This document shows positions 28,367-38,578 of a stretch of DNA of 60,369 nt, piece after piece; within the stretch, counting starts at the first letter, position 1; every line of letters begins with the position of its first letter. The notes under the pieces are model-generated. The model made no database searches. It was not told the DNA's origin and was given only the letters and a program-made list of their open reading frames with translations. The translations under genes and the position numbers were made by a program. Origin of the DNA: Pseudomonadota bacterium (lineage in GTDB: Bacteria; Myxococcota; JACRCW01; JAFGSX01); assembly GCA_043821645.1 (NCBI GenBank), contig JBDRCO010000106.1, forward strand, positions 1-60,369, in the 5' to 3' direction.

Positions 28367-29452
28367 GTGTCCTCGACCCTGCTGGCGCTCAACGCCGTCA
28401 CACCGCAGCGCCTGGTCGAGGCCCTGCCAGGTCTCACGCTGACCCAGGCGCGCAAGGCCGTTGCCCGCACCCACCGGGGCGAGCCGCTGCAGCCCGTGGC
28501 TGGTTTGAGCCGTGCCGCTGTCGACCGGATCCTCGCGAGGACCCATCTGCCTCGGCTGGAGCTCGTCGAGCGCGCGTCGAGCACCCTCGACCCCTTCGAG
28601 AAGTTCCTGCTGCGGGCCCCCGACGGTGCCCTGATCGAGACCGTGCGCATTCCGCTGGAGAAGCCGGACCGCCTGTCGGTGTGTCTGAGCAGCCAGGTGG
28701 GCTGCGCCTTCGCCTGTACCTTCTGCGCCACAGGCCGTTTGGGTCTCCACCGCAACCTGGAGACCTGGGAGATGATCGAGCAGGTCAGGGCCGTGCGCGA
28801 GACACTGAACAGGGGGCAGCGTGTCCACGGTGCGGTGTTCCAGGGCATGGGCGAGCCCCTTGCCAACCTCGAACACGTCCTCGAGGCCATCGAGGTGTTC
28901 AGCGACCCCAGCGCACTCAGCATCCAGGCCCGCTCGGTGACCGTGAACACGGTGGGGCTGCCGCGCCGCATCCGCGAGCTGGCGCGACGGGCCCCCAAGG
29001 TCAGGCTGGGGCTGTCCCTGGGCAGCGCGCGACCCGAGCAGCGCCTGCAGCTCATGCCAGGGACGCGGGGGCACCCTCTACCGCAGGTGATGGAGGCCTG
29101 CGTCGAGCACGCGCAGGTCACGGGCCTGGCGCCCAGCCTCGCCCTGCTCCTGCTCGCGGGCGTGACGGATACCGACGAGGAGGCCGCGGCCCTGGCCAGG
29201 CTGGTGCAGGACTTCACGCGTTGTGCCGGCATGGCGCCGCGCCTGAGCATCCTGACCTACAACCCCATCGGGGACGACGAGCCCTACACCCGTGTCGACG
29301 ACGTCGACGTGGCCAGGTTCCGGGATCGCCTGCGCTCCCTCGGGGTGAGCAGCCATCGCCGCTACTCCGGCGGCTCGGACGTGGCGGCGGCTTGCGGGCA
29401 GCTGGCAGGGCGTGGGCCGGGCCCCCGCGCGGTCCGCAACGAGCCCACCTGA
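28367..29452 (+). CDS. RlmN/Cfr-family radical SAM RNA methyltransferase (divergent)
   Basis: IETV, CLSSQVGCAFACTFC (CxxxCxxC), GMGEPL and C-terminal AACGQL. Confidence 0.85.
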   Translation: MSSTLLALNAVTPQRLVEALPGLTLTQARKAVARTHRGEPLQPVAGLSRAAVDRILARTHLPRLELVERASSTLDPFEKFLLRAPDGALIETVRIPLEKPDRLSVCLSSQVGCAFACTFCATGRLGLHRNLETWEMIEQVRAVRETLNRGQRVHGAVFQGMGEPLANLEHVLEAIEVFSDPSALSIQARSVTVNTVGLPRRIRELARRAPKVRLGLSLGSARPEQRLQLMPGTRGHPLPQVMEACVEHAQVTGLAPSLALLLLAGVTDTDEEAAALARLVQDFTRCAGMAPRLSILTYNPIGDDEPYTRVDDVDVARFRDRLRSLGVSSHRRYSGGSDVAAACGQLAGRGPGPRAVRNEPT

Positions 29453-29476
29453 GCTCTGGCGCGAAACGTCAGCGGG

Positions 29477-31825
29477 ATGCAGACTGCCGGTCGACCGCCG
29501 TATCGGATGGTGACCATGACCCGACTCGCTTCCGCCTTGCCATGGCTTCTCACCTGCGTTGGCGTCGGCACCTGGCTCGCGCTTGCCGGGCTGTGGCCGT
29601 CGGCGGCACCCCGCCCCATGCCGGACGCCGAGACGGGTCGCAACCTGCTGCTGCCCGGTGGCCTCGCACTCGTCAGCTTCACTGTGCTGTTCGCGCTGCT
29701 GGAGCATGCGCTGGGACGCCGCCGCCTCGACTCGCCGAGGACTCCTGAGAAGCCGCACTCCGCCGGGTGGACCCTGCTCCTGGTCAGCGGGAGCGCACTC
29801 TTTCTCGAGGTCATGCTGATCCGCTACACGGGATCGCAGATCCGTGTCTTCGCCTACTTCAAGAACATCCCGCTACTCGCAGCCTACCTCGGGCTGGGCA
29901 TCGGCTGCTGGCAGGGCGGCGAACGCGCTCCGCAACTGATCGCATTCTTCAGGTGGCTGCTGCCTGTGACCGCCCTGCTCAGCCTGGGCCCCATAGCCTT
30001 CGGACAGGACATCGGGCGCTGGGCTGCGCTCGGCAGCAGCGAACACGTGCTGGGCCTGGCCGGCGAGCACCAGCCCTCGAGCTTCGAGGTGTTGAGTAGC
30101 CAGGCGCTGATGGCCGGCGTATGCGTAGTGGCGCTGGTGGTGCTGACCCTGCTGTTCGTGCGCATCGGGCGGCTGCTCGGCCCTGCCTTCGACGGCATGC
30201 CACGCATTGCCGCCTACTCGATCAACGTCGTCGGCAGCCTGCTCGGCATCCTCCTCTTCGTGGGCCTTGGCTACCTCGAGACACCACCCTGGCTCTGGTT
30301 TGCGATCGGCCTGGCGCCCCTGCTTCTGCTCGGGGAGGGCTGGCGGTCACGCGCCCGGAATGCGGTCCTGGTGGCAGCGTGCTGTGCCCTGGTCTGGCCC
30401 TCGCCGGGTGAAACGGTATGGTCGCCGTACCAGAAGCTCATCGGGCATCAGGTTCCGGCCGGCCCTGGCGGTACCGGCAACCGGTCACCCGGCTTCCTGG
30501 TCGAGATCTCCGATGTGTTCTACCAGGTCGCCGTCGACCTCCGGCCGGGGGCGACGATCGCGGGACAGCCCGAGCTCTTTCCTCACTACCGTCAGGCCTT
30601 CGCCGAGGTGGCGCCGGGTGGGCGCATCCTGATCGTGGGCGCAGGAACCGGAAACGACGTCGCCGCGGCCCTGCGCGCCGGCGCAGCACGGGTCGACGCG
30701 GTCGATATCGATCCCGCGATAGTGCGCATGGGCCAGCAGTACCACCCCGAGCAGCCCTACGCCGACGCGCGCGTGCACGTGATCGTCGACGACGCGCGCG
30801 CCGTGTTCCAGAAGGCGCCGGCAGGCACCTACGACGCGGTGGTGTTCGGCCTGCTCGACTCGCACACCCAGCTCGGTTTCTCGTCGGTACGCCTGGACAA
30901 TTACGTGTTCACCGTCGACAGCCTGGCTGCGGTGCGACGCCTGCTGAGGCCCGGCGGGCACATCGTGCTCACCGCCGCGACTCACCAGCAGTGGTTCCGC
31001 GAACGCTTCGTCGCGATGATGCAGACGGCGTGCGATGGACCCGTCGCCGCGGTCGATGGCGCCTGGTCCAGCTTCAGCTGCCAGGTGTCGAGTCCGCAGC
31101 AGACGCCGGTCGCTCGCCCGGCCGGGTCGAGCGTGCTCCCAAGCGATGACTGGCCCTTTCTCTACCTCCCTCGCCGCGAGATCCCCCTCGTGTACGCCCT
31201 GACCATCGCCGTGCAGGCTCTGGCCTCGGCGCTGCTGCTGCGCGGCCATGGCATCCGCTGGCAGGCCATGACCGCGGCGCACGGGCACCTGTTCTTTCTC
31301 GGCGCGGCCTTCCTGCTTCTCGAGGTCTCCAGCATCAACCGTCTGGCCCTGCTCTTCGGCACCACCTGGATGGTCTCGGCGTTCACCATTGCGATCGTGC
31401 TGGCGCTGATCGTCGCGGCCAATCTCGCGGTACAGCGACTGCCAAGGTCCCTGCCCCACGCGGTTGGTTACACGGGGCTGCTCGTCAGCCTGACGTTGAG
31501 CTTCGCGCTGCCGCCCTCGCTGGCGCTAGGAAGCGCCTGGCCGCTGCAGCTCGCCTACGCTGGTGTGCTGCTGTCGCCGGTCTTCTTCGCTGGCCTGGTG
31601 TTCGCGCACTCGTTCTCCTCGAGTGCGGCGGCCGGTCCGGCCCTCGGCGCCAACATGCTCGGGGCCGTGGTGGGGTGCTGGGCTGAATATCTGACCATGG
31701 CAGTAGGTATTCGTGCTCTCGTGCTGCTGGCCGCCGTCTTCTATCTGGCCTCGCTGCTCATGGCATGGCGCGCCCGACACGGTGTCAGCGCTGGCTTCGC
31801 AACACCACCCGCAGACCCGGGTTAA
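29477..31825 (+). CDS. Polytopic membrane protein with central spermidine-synthase-like SAM-binding domain (start may be 29507 or 29516)
   Basis: Many TM helices. WSPYQK, GAGTGNDVAAAL, VDIDP, DDAR, LLDSH, RLDNYVFT and DDWPFLY. Confidence 0.8.
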   Translation: MQTAGRPPYRMVTMTRLASALPWLLTCVGVGTWLALAGLWPSAAPRPMPDAETGRNLLLPGGLALVSFTVLFALLEHALGRRRLDSPRTPEKPHSAGWTLLLVSGSALFLEVMLIRYTGSQIRVFAYFKNIPLLAAYLGLGIGCWQGGERAPQLIAFFRWLLPVTALLSLGPIAFGQDIGRWAALGSSEHVLGLAGEHQPSSFEVLSSQALMAGVCVVALVVLTLLFVRIGRLLGPAFDGMPRIAAYSINVVGSLLGILLFVGLGYLETPPWLWFAIGLAPLLLLGEGWRSRARNAVLVAACCALVWPSPGETVWSPYQKLIGHQVPAGPGGTGNRSPGFLVEISDVFYQVAVDLRPGATIAGQPELFPHYRQAFAEVAPGGRILIVGAGTGNDVAAALRAGAARVDAVDIDPAIVRMGQQYHPEQPYADARVHVIVDDARAVFQKAPAGTYDAVVFGLLDSHTQLGFSSVRLDNYVFTVDSLAAVRRLLRPGGHIVLTAATHQQWFRERFVAMMQTACDGPVAAVDGAWSSFSCQVSSPQQTPVARPAGSSVLPSDDWPFLYLPRREIPLVYALTIAVQALASALLLRGHGIRWQAMTAAHGHLFFLGAAFLLLEVSSINRLALLFGTTWMVSAFTIAIVLALIVAANLAVQRLPRSLPHAVGYTGLLVSLTLSFALPPSLALGSAWPLQLAYAGVLLSPVFFAGLVFAHSFSSSAAAGPALGANMLGAVVGCWAEYLTMAVGIRALVLLAAVFYLASLLMAWRARHGVSAGFATPPADPG

Positions 31826-31972
31826 TGGACCTCGATACCCCGTTCCGTGTGCTTCCGCAGGCTCCTGGCACACACCCAGTCGCCGGAACGTCCCGCCATT
31901 GTCGGGCTCCACTTTATCTGCTAGCAAGGCGTCTCTCTTTCGCGAGTCACCAAACGCATGGAGGCGTTCATC

Positions 31973-34684
31973 ATGACACAGCACGTCTATTTCTTCGGTG
32001 GTGGCCAGGCCGACGGCGAGGCCAAGATGAAGAACCTGCTCGGCGGCAAGGGCGCCAACCTGGCCGAGATGGCCAAGCTTGGCATCCCGGTGCCCGCGGG
32101 CTTCACCATCACCACCGAGGTCAACACCTACTTCACTGCCCACGGCAAGACCTACCCGGCCGGCCTCGAAAAGGACGTCGACGCAGCCATGCGCAAGGTC
32201 GAGGAGATCATGGGCATGAAGTTCGGCGACGCCAGCAACCCGCTGCTGGTGTCGGTGCGCTCGGGCGCGCGCAAGTCCATGCCTGGCATGATGGAGACGG
32301 TGCTCAACGTGGGCCTGTGCTCGTCGACCATCCCGGGCCTGATCAAGAAGACCGACAACCCGCGCTTCGTGTACGACGCCTACCGGCGCCTCATCATGAT
32401 GTACTCGGACGTCGTCATGGAGAAGGCCGCGGGCGTCGAGCCCGCCGAGGGCAAGGCCATCCGGCAGCAGCTCGACCGCATGCTCGGTGAGGTCAAGAAG
32501 GCCAAGGGCTACAAGAGCGACGCCGACCTGACCGCCGACGAGCAAAAAGACCTGTGTGAGAAGTTCAAGGTCCGCGTCAAGGAGACCCTGGGTAATGAGT
32601 TCCCGGACAACCCCAAGGACCAGCTGTGGGGCGGCATCAGCGCCGTGTTTGGCTCGTGGATGGGCAAGCGCGCGGTGTCCTACCGACGCATCGAGGGCAT
32701 CCCCGAGGAGTGGGGCACCGCGGTCAACGTGCAGGCCATGGTCTTCGGCAACATGGGCGACACCTCGGCCACCGGCGTGGCCTTCTCCCGCAACCCTGCC
32801 ACCGGCGAGAACAAGTTCTACGGCGAGTGGCTGGTCAACGCCCAGGGCGAGGACGTGGTGGCGGGCATCCGCACCCCCAACCCGCTCAACGAGTCGACCA
32901 AGAGCGAGCACAACAAGGAGCTGCCGTCGCTGGAGACGGCCATGGCCGGCGTCTACAAGGACCTCGATGGCATTCGCCTGAAGCTCGAGAAGCACTACAC
33001 CGACATGCAGGACATCGAGTTCACCATCCAGGATGGCCGCCTGTGGATGCTGCAGTGCCGCGTGGGCAAGCGCACCGGCACCGCCGCCCTCAACATGGCC
33101 ATGGACATGCTGGGCGAGAAGCTCATCGAGAAGAAGGAAGCCGTGATGCGGCTGACCCCGGCCCAGCTCGACGAGCTGCTGCACCCGCTGGTGGATCCGG
33201 CGGCCGAGGCCAAGAGCACGGTGCTGGTCAGCGGCTTGCCCGCGGGCCCGGGTGGCGCGGTTGGCCAGATCGTGTTCACCGCCAATGACGCCGTGGCCTG
33301 GGCCAAGCAGGGCAAGACGGTCATCCTGGTGCGTGAAGAGACCAACCCCGAGGACGTCGAGGGCATGCGCGCGGCCGAGGGCATCCTGACCGCTCGCGGC
33401 GGCATGACCAGCCACGCGGCCCTGGTGGCCCGTGGCTGGGGCAAGTGCTGCGTGGTGGGCTGCTCGGCCCTGCACGTGGACGTGCAGGACAAGAAGGCCC
33501 ATGTCGGCAACAAGACCTTCAAGGAAGGCGACTGGTTCAGCCTCAACGGTACCCGAGGCCGCGTCTACGAGGGCAAGCTCGACATGATCAGCGCGACCGA
33601 GAACCCGCGCTTCGTCGAGTTCATGAAGATCGTCGACACCTTCCGCACCCTGGGCGTGCGCACCAACGCCGAGACCGCCGAGGATGCCAAGCGCGCGCGC
33701 GACTTCGGCGCCGAGGGCATTGGCCTGTTCCGCACCGAGCACATGTTCTACGGCAAGGGCTCCGAGGAGCCGCTGTTCTTCCTGCGCAAGATGATCCTGT
33801 CCAACACCGTCGAGGAGCGGAAGAAGGCCCTGAGCGAGCTGTTCCCCTTCGTCAAGCGCGACGTCAAGGCGACTCTCGAGGTCATGGACGGCTTGCCGGT
33901 GACCTTCCGCCTGCTGGATCCGCCGCTGCACGAGTTCGTGCCCCAGAGTCCCGAGAAGCAGGCCGAGCTGGCCAAGGCCCTGGGCATCGCGGTCGAGGAC
34001 GTGCACAAGCGTGGCGAGGCCCTGCACGAGATGAACCCCATGATGGGGCACCGCGGCGTGCGCCTGGCCATCACCTACCCCGAGGTCTCGGAGATGCAGA
34101 TCCGGGCCATCGTCGAGTCGGCGGCCGAGCTCAACAAGGCCGGCAAGAAGGCCCTGCCCGAGCTCATGGTCCCGGTCACCGGAGACGTCGAGGAGCTCAA
34201 GGATCAGAAGCGCATCTTCGACCGCGTCGTGGACGAGGTGACCAAGGCCAACGGTGGCACCGCGATCCCGATCAAGTACGGCACCATGATCGAGATTCCG
34301 CGCGCCTGCTTGACCGCCAACAAGATGGCCGAGAGCGCCGAGTTCTTCAGCTTCGGCACCAACGACCTGACCCAGATGACCTACGGCTACAGCCGCGACG
34401 ACATCGGCGGCTTCCTGCAGGACTACCTGGACAAGAAGATCCTGGCGGCCGATCCCTTCCAGACCATCGACCAGGAAGGTGTGGGCCAGCTCATGGAGAT
34501 GACGGTCACCAAGGGCCGCCAGACCCGCAAGGACCTCAAGGTCGGCATCTGTGGCGAGCAGGGTGGTGACCCGGCCTCGGTCGAGTTCTGCTTCAAGATC
34601 GGCCTCAACTACGTGAGCTGCTCGCCCTACCGCGTGCCCATCGCACGGCTGGCCGCGGCCCAGGCTGCGCTGTCGGCCAAGTAG
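31973..34684 (+). CDS. ppdK: Pyruvate, phosphate dikinase
   Basis: LGGKGANL, PLLVSVRSGA, GGMTSHAA (phospho-His), GIGLFRTEHM, FGTNDLTQ and GICGE. GGAGG RBS. Confidence 0.97.
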   Translation: MTQHVYFFGGGQADGEAKMKNLLGGKGANLAEMAKLGIPVPAGFTITTEVNTYFTAHGKTYPAGLEKDVDAAMRKVEEIMGMKFGDASNPLLVSVRSGARKSMPGMMETVLNVGLCSSTIPGLIKKTDNPRFVYDAYRRLIMMYSDVVMEKAAGVEPAEGKAIRQQLDRMLGEVKKAKGYKSDADLTADEQKDLCEKFKVRVKETLGNEFPDNPKDQLWGGISAVFGSWMGKRAVSYRRIEGIPEEWGTAVNVQAMVFGNMGDTSATGVAFSRNPATGENKFYGEWLVNAQGEDVVAGIRTPNPLNESTKSEHNKELPSLETAMAGVYKDLDGIRLKLEKHYTDMQDIEFTIQDGRLWMLQCRVGKRTGTAALNMAMDMLGEKLIEKKEAVMRLTPAQLDELLHPLVDPAAEAKSTVLVSGLPAGPGGAVGQIVFTANDAVAWAKQGKTVILVREETNPEDVEGMRAAEGILTARGGMTSHAALVARGWGKCCVVGCSALHVDVQDKKAHVGNKTFKEGDWFSLNGTRGRVYEGKLDMISATENPRFVEFMKIVDTFRTLGVRTNAETAEDAKRARDFGAEGIGLFRTEHMFYGKGSEEPLFFLRKMILSNTVEERKKALSELFPFVKRDVKATLEVMDGLPVTFRLLDPPLHEFVPQSPEKQAELAKALGIAVEDVHKRGEALHEMNPMMGHRGVRLAITYPEVSEMQIRAIVESAAELNKAGKKALPELMVPVTGDVEELKDQKRIFDRVVDEVTKANGGTAIPIKYGTMIEIPRACLTANKMAESAEFFSFGTNDLTQMTYGYSRDDIGGFLQDYLDKKILAADPFQTIDQEGVGQLMEMTVTKGRQTRKDLKVGICGEQGGDPASVEFCFKIGLNYVSCSPYRVPIARLAAAQAALSAK

Positions 34685-34974
34685 GTCGTCGACCGCCTCC
34701 CTTCTCGTTCTCTCTTCCTCCCATCGCCCTGCCCTGACGCCCGGATGCGGAGCCGCGGGCAGAGCCTTGCGCGCGGCCTGGCGCGCGGCCCCCGTTGTGA
34801 CTCACGTCACCAAGAATCTGTGCGACCGGCCCTGGCCCCCCGCGTCCTTGGGTCGGAGCTGCGCGCACCTTCTCGCCGTAGCCCGCACACTGCGCGTCTT
34901 CGTCGCCGACAGGCGCGCCAGCACCGGGTCCCCTGCTCGCGCAGCGAGGACTCGCAGGAACCGGAGGGGTCCGC

Positions 34975-36006
34975 ATGAACATGAACGCACTGCGCACCGG
35001 TGTCCGCATCCAGCGCGAGGCGCTGGGCGAGGTCGCCGGGCGTCCCCTGCACCATCTCGGACTGGTCGCTGGCGCCGCGGTCACCGCCGGCGTGGCGCCA
35101 CTATGGGGTCAGGCCCTGTCGACCCACGGCTGGATGGAAGCTCGCCGCCGCATGCCCGCCGAGGGCCTGGTGGCCCTGGGGCAGATCCTGATCCCGCAGC
35201 GTGCGCGACCGCTGTATGCCGACGGCGTGTGGCGCGGGCTGTGGCGCGTCCACGGGCTCAGCCTGGCCCTGGCCTGCGTGCAGGCGCCCGCGGTGGCCCT
35301 GGCCATGCTCCCGGCCTTCCTCGCCTACCAGCTCCTGGCGCCGGCGGCCGGCATGTTCCCGGATCCCGTCGTCGCCATGGCCGTGGCCCAGGGCCTTCCC
35401 GCCCTGCTGGGGCTGGCGCTGGTGTCGCTGGTCGCGGGTCAGACCCTGCTGGTGCTGCGCCTGCTCGGGCAGACCCATGGAGCCTCCTCGCTGGGACAGA
35501 TCGCGCGCACCTCGTCCGAAGCCTGGCGCGTGGCCCTGCAAGATCTGCCGACGCTGGCCACCCTGGGCTTGTCTCTGGTGGTCGTCGGCGCCATGGGCGC
35601 AGCCTTCGTCTACGCCAACCTGCGCCTCGCGCTGTGGCTGGAGCTGGGCGCTGGCGTGCAGCTGGTGACCACCTGGGCCGGAGCCATCACGCTGCTATTG
35701 GTCGCTGCACTGTCTTTCGAGGTGATGGCGCGCTGGGCCGAGCGCGTCGACGTGAACGCGCCGGTGGCGACGCATCCCTTCTCCTTCACCACCTGGCTGA
35801 CGACGTGGCTGCGCAGCGTGGTGGCCTGGTTCGCAGCGCGCGGCATGGTGTCCATGGGCACCGCCGTGGTGCTGGCTGTCGGCGGCCTCACAGCCCTGCT
35901 CGCCCTGCTCAGCGGTCAGACCTTCACCTCCTGGGTGGGCCTGGGCTGGTTCGCCGCGTCGGCGGCGGTGCTGGTGGTCCTTCACGTGACAGGACGGCGC
36001 TCATGA
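34975..36006 (+). CDS. Hypothetical integral membrane protein
   Basis: GGAGG RBS and multiple hydrophobic helices. Confidence 0.6.
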   Translation: MNMNALRTGVRIQREALGEVAGRPLHHLGLVAGAAVTAGVAPLWGQALSTHGWMEARRRMPAEGLVALGQILIPQRARPLYADGVWRGLWRVHGLSLALACVQAPAVALAMLPAFLAYQLLAPAAGMFPDPVVAMAVAQGLPALLGLALVSLVAGQTLLVLRLLGQTHGASSLGQIARTSSEAWRVALQDLPTLATLGLSLVVVGAMGAAFVYANLRLALWLELGAGVQLVTTWAGAITLLLVAALSFEVMARWAERVDVNAPVATHPFSFTTWLTTWLRSVVAWFAARGMVSMGTAVVLAVGGLTALLALLSGQTFTSWVGLGWFAASAAVLVVLHVTGRRS

Positions 36007-36890
36007 ACGGCATCAAGTTCCTTTCGGGTTTTATCGGTTTGGCTTGGGTGCTGGGCGGAGCAGGATCCCTCACCACGAACCTGGCCAGCGGCAAGGCTCG
36101 CGACGACGCCGCGATCGCGCAGCGGACCGAGATCCAGGAAGAGCTCACTCGCGCCCTGGCCTCCGTCGACGAGGAGATCGCCTCTACCCGCGAGCGCGGC
36201 GAGGCAAACATCGCTCGCACCACCGAGAGGCTCGAGGAAGACCAGGCTGCCCTGGACCTGGCCGGCGTCGAGATCCGCTCCCAGATCGAGACCACCCAGG
36301 CCTCGCTGGCTGCCGAGTCCGACCTGCGCAAGGTCACCCGCCTCGAGGCCCAGATCGTGAGCCAGCAAAAGCGGCTCGCGCGTCGCACCACAGCACCCCA
36401 GAACAGGCGAGACGCCAGTGCCGAGAAGGTCGACAAGGCCAAGGCCGAGCTGACCCAGGCCATCGCCGCCCTCGAGGCCAGCAAGCAGACCCTGAACAAG
36501 GGCGCCGAGACCAAGCTGGCGGCCGTCAGCACCATGCAGGCCATACCCGTCGCTGGCGCGTGGTGGAAGGGCGTCATCGCCCTCGTCATCGGCGTGCTCG
36601 GGATGGCACTGAGCTTCGTGCTGCGCGCCACACCTGTCCTGCACGTCGGGGTGCGTGCCGAACAGGACGGTGACGACAGCATCGCCGTCGAGGACAGCGA
36701 CGTCTTCGCCTCGGCAGCCGCCCAGGTGGCGACCATGCCGCCGGTGATCGAGAACGAGATCGCCGCGCGCGAGGACAGTGAGCGCAGGCGTCAGCAACGC
36801 ATCGCGGCCTTCCTGGGTGACGAGGGTCTGGATCCGTCTCTCGACGACAGCAAGCGGCGCGACCGCGGCCGGGCAGCGCCCCACAGCTAA
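36003..36890 (+). CDS. Hypothetical membrane protein, TM-coiled coil-TM
   Basis: ATGA overlap with the upstream stop; N-terminal hydrophobic segment, long heptad region and a second TM helix. Confidence 0.6.
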   Translation: MNGIKFLSGFIGLAWVLGGAGSLTTNLASGKARDDAAIAQRTEIQEELTRALASVDEEIASTRERGEANIARTTERLEEDQAALDLAGVEIRSQIETTQASLAAESDLRKVTRLEAQIVSQQKRLARRTTAPQNRRDASAEKVDKAKAELTQAIAALEASKQTLNKGAETKLAAVSTMQAIPVAGAWWKGVIALVIGVLGMALSFVLRATPVLHVGVRAEQDGDDSIAVEDSDVFASAAAQVATMPPVIENEIAAREDSERRRQQRIAAFLGDEGLDPSLDDSKRRDRGRAAPHS

Positions 36891-38422
36891 CCTGGCAGGC
36901 TTGTCGGCTGCGAGCTGGCTCCCGGACAGCTTGCGGGGATCTTGTCGTCCGGCACAACCTCGCAGCGTAGCTCGGGCCACAACATCAGCATCAGGCTTGC
37001 CTGCTCACGCAACTGGAACCATTCGTAGCCATCGAAGGGTGGCGGAAATTCTCGAGGGAGCGCCGCCATATCGGCGCGCGACGGCGGCCAGTGCTGCTGC
37101 CAGCGATCTCCCACGCGCTCCCAGCACTCGCTCATGCGATACCCGCTGCCGTCCGTGTTGCGCCCCTTGAGCAGCACCCAGGCCAGGTCAGGAGAAACCT
37201 GGTGCACCTGCTCGATACGCAGTCCCATGCGCAGCACGGGCATGAATTCCTTGTTGCTGCGAAACTCGGCCTTGAATCCGTTCACCTCGCGGTGCCTCGC
37301 CTCCACGGCCTTGGCCTCAGCCTTCATCTCGCGGCGCAGATCGAGCCACACCTGCTGTCGCCTCTCGACCGAGGGCTGGGTTCCTGGCCAACGCAGCTTG
37401 GAGTCCCTGAGCTTGACCGGTTCGCCATCCGTGATGAACGCCGCCGTGGCACGACGCTGCAATCTCTCCCACCAACCTCGACCGCCCGCCAGGAGGATCG
37501 CTTGATCCAGGGCGGCTGCCTCGACGGAATCCAGCTCCAGACGCGCCTTGAGTCTCTCGGTGGCTTCCTGGAATTGATGCCAGGTCACATCCCAGTGAAA
37601 GCACTCCAGGGCCTCGTCCACACCGAGCTCCTGGGCTCGGAAGCAGCTGATCACGGCCTTATCCAGCTGCTGCAGATCCACGATGCCTTCACCACTCGCG
37701 GTGTCGAGCAGGGGCTGCGCCATGCGGATCGGGCGGGCGAAGGCGAGGCCCTCGGCGCCGCCCATGATCTTGAGCGTGTTGATGCCCACCACCTCCCCTT
37801 GCTCGTTGATGAGGGGACCGCCCGAGTTTCCAGGATTGAGCGCAGCGTCATGCTGGATGGCACCCTGGTGTACGGCGCTGACCACGCCCGAGGTGAAGGA
37901 CCACACGGTCTCCTGGGGGTGGCCCAGGGCCACCACGCGCTGACCCGCGTGCAGAGGCGCCTCGCTCACCGGAATCCGGTGCAAGTCCCGCGTGTCCGCG
38001 TCCAGTCGCAGCACGGCCAGATCCATGCCCTCGTGCATGCGCACCAGGCGCGCTGGCACCAGTTCGTCCTGGTACTCGAAGAGATAGCGCGCCAGCCCAC
38101 CGTCCATGGGTGTGTAGCTCGTGCGACCTTGACGGTAGAGCATGGCCTGCAGCGTTTTCGCGCCGAGGACGATGTGCAGGTTGGTGAGTACCAGATCGTC
38201 GTCCTGCACCAGCAGTCCCGCACCGTAGCCGAGACTGCCGTCCGCGCGGGTCGCGACCACCAGCACCACGCCTGGCAGAACTTCTTCGGGATCGACCTCG
38301 TGTGTGCGCCCAGCGCCTGGCGTCGTGGAAGGGCGGGAGGTGCCACAGGCGACTGCGACCATGGCCAGGAACAGCCCCAGCGGCATGCGGCTGGCCCTCT
38401 GCGCTGCGCGTGTAGTGCTCAT
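36887..38422 (-). CDS. Trypsin-like (S1C/HtrA-type) serine protease lipoprotein without PDZ domain
   Basis: Lipobox AVAC; catalytic triad motifs LTNLH, MDLAVL and NPGNSGGPL. Confidence 0.8.
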   Translation of the reverse strand: MSTTRAAQRASRMPLGLFLAMVAVACGTSRPSTTPGAGRTHEVDPEEVLPGVVLVVATRADGSLGYGAGLLVQDDDLVLTNLHIVLGAKTLQAMLYRQGRTSYTPMDGGLARYLFEYQDELVPARLVRMHEGMDLAVLRLDADTRDLHRIPVSEAPLHAGQRVVALGHPQETVWSFTSGVVSAVHQGAIQHDAALNPGNSGGPLINEQGEVVGINTLKIMGGAEGLAFARPIRMAQPLLDTASGEGIVDLQQLDKAVISCFRAQELGVDEALECFHWDVTWHQFQEATERLKARLELDSVEAAALDQAILLAGGRGWWERLQRRATAAFITDGEPVKLRDSKLRWPGTQPSVERRQQVWLDLRREMKAEAKAVEARHREVNGFKAEFRSNKEFMPVLRMGLRIEQVHQVSPDLAWVLLKGRNTDGSGYRMSECWERVGDRWQQHWPPSRADMAALPREFPPPFDGYEWFQLREQASLMLMLWPELRCEVVPDDKIPASCPGASSQPTSLPG

Positions 38423-38578
38423 GCCACCCCCGGCTCCGGCTGGAATCCGCTTTATACCAGCCGAAGCTTGAATATGGGACCGACAGGTGGCGTATCAAGG
38501 GGTGGGGCGTCGGTTCGAGCCTGCGCCTTGACGTTCCCCAAAGGCCGTACCCCGGTGAAGCACCGATGGAGAAATAGC

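Noticed and set aside
31526-34051. 841-aa minus-strand ORF and similar long antisense ORFs (e.g. 10323-12218, 12088-14157, 53127-55370)
   Set aside because: They mirror well-supported plus-strand genes. Stop-poor antisense frames are expected at high GC3, and they carry no motifs.
37091-38578. 5' part of the 724-aa plus-strand ORF (likewise 40099-41334 of the 686-aa minus-strand ORF)
   Set aside because: Antisense to the protease and to ddl respectively; the real genes start at 38579 and 40098.
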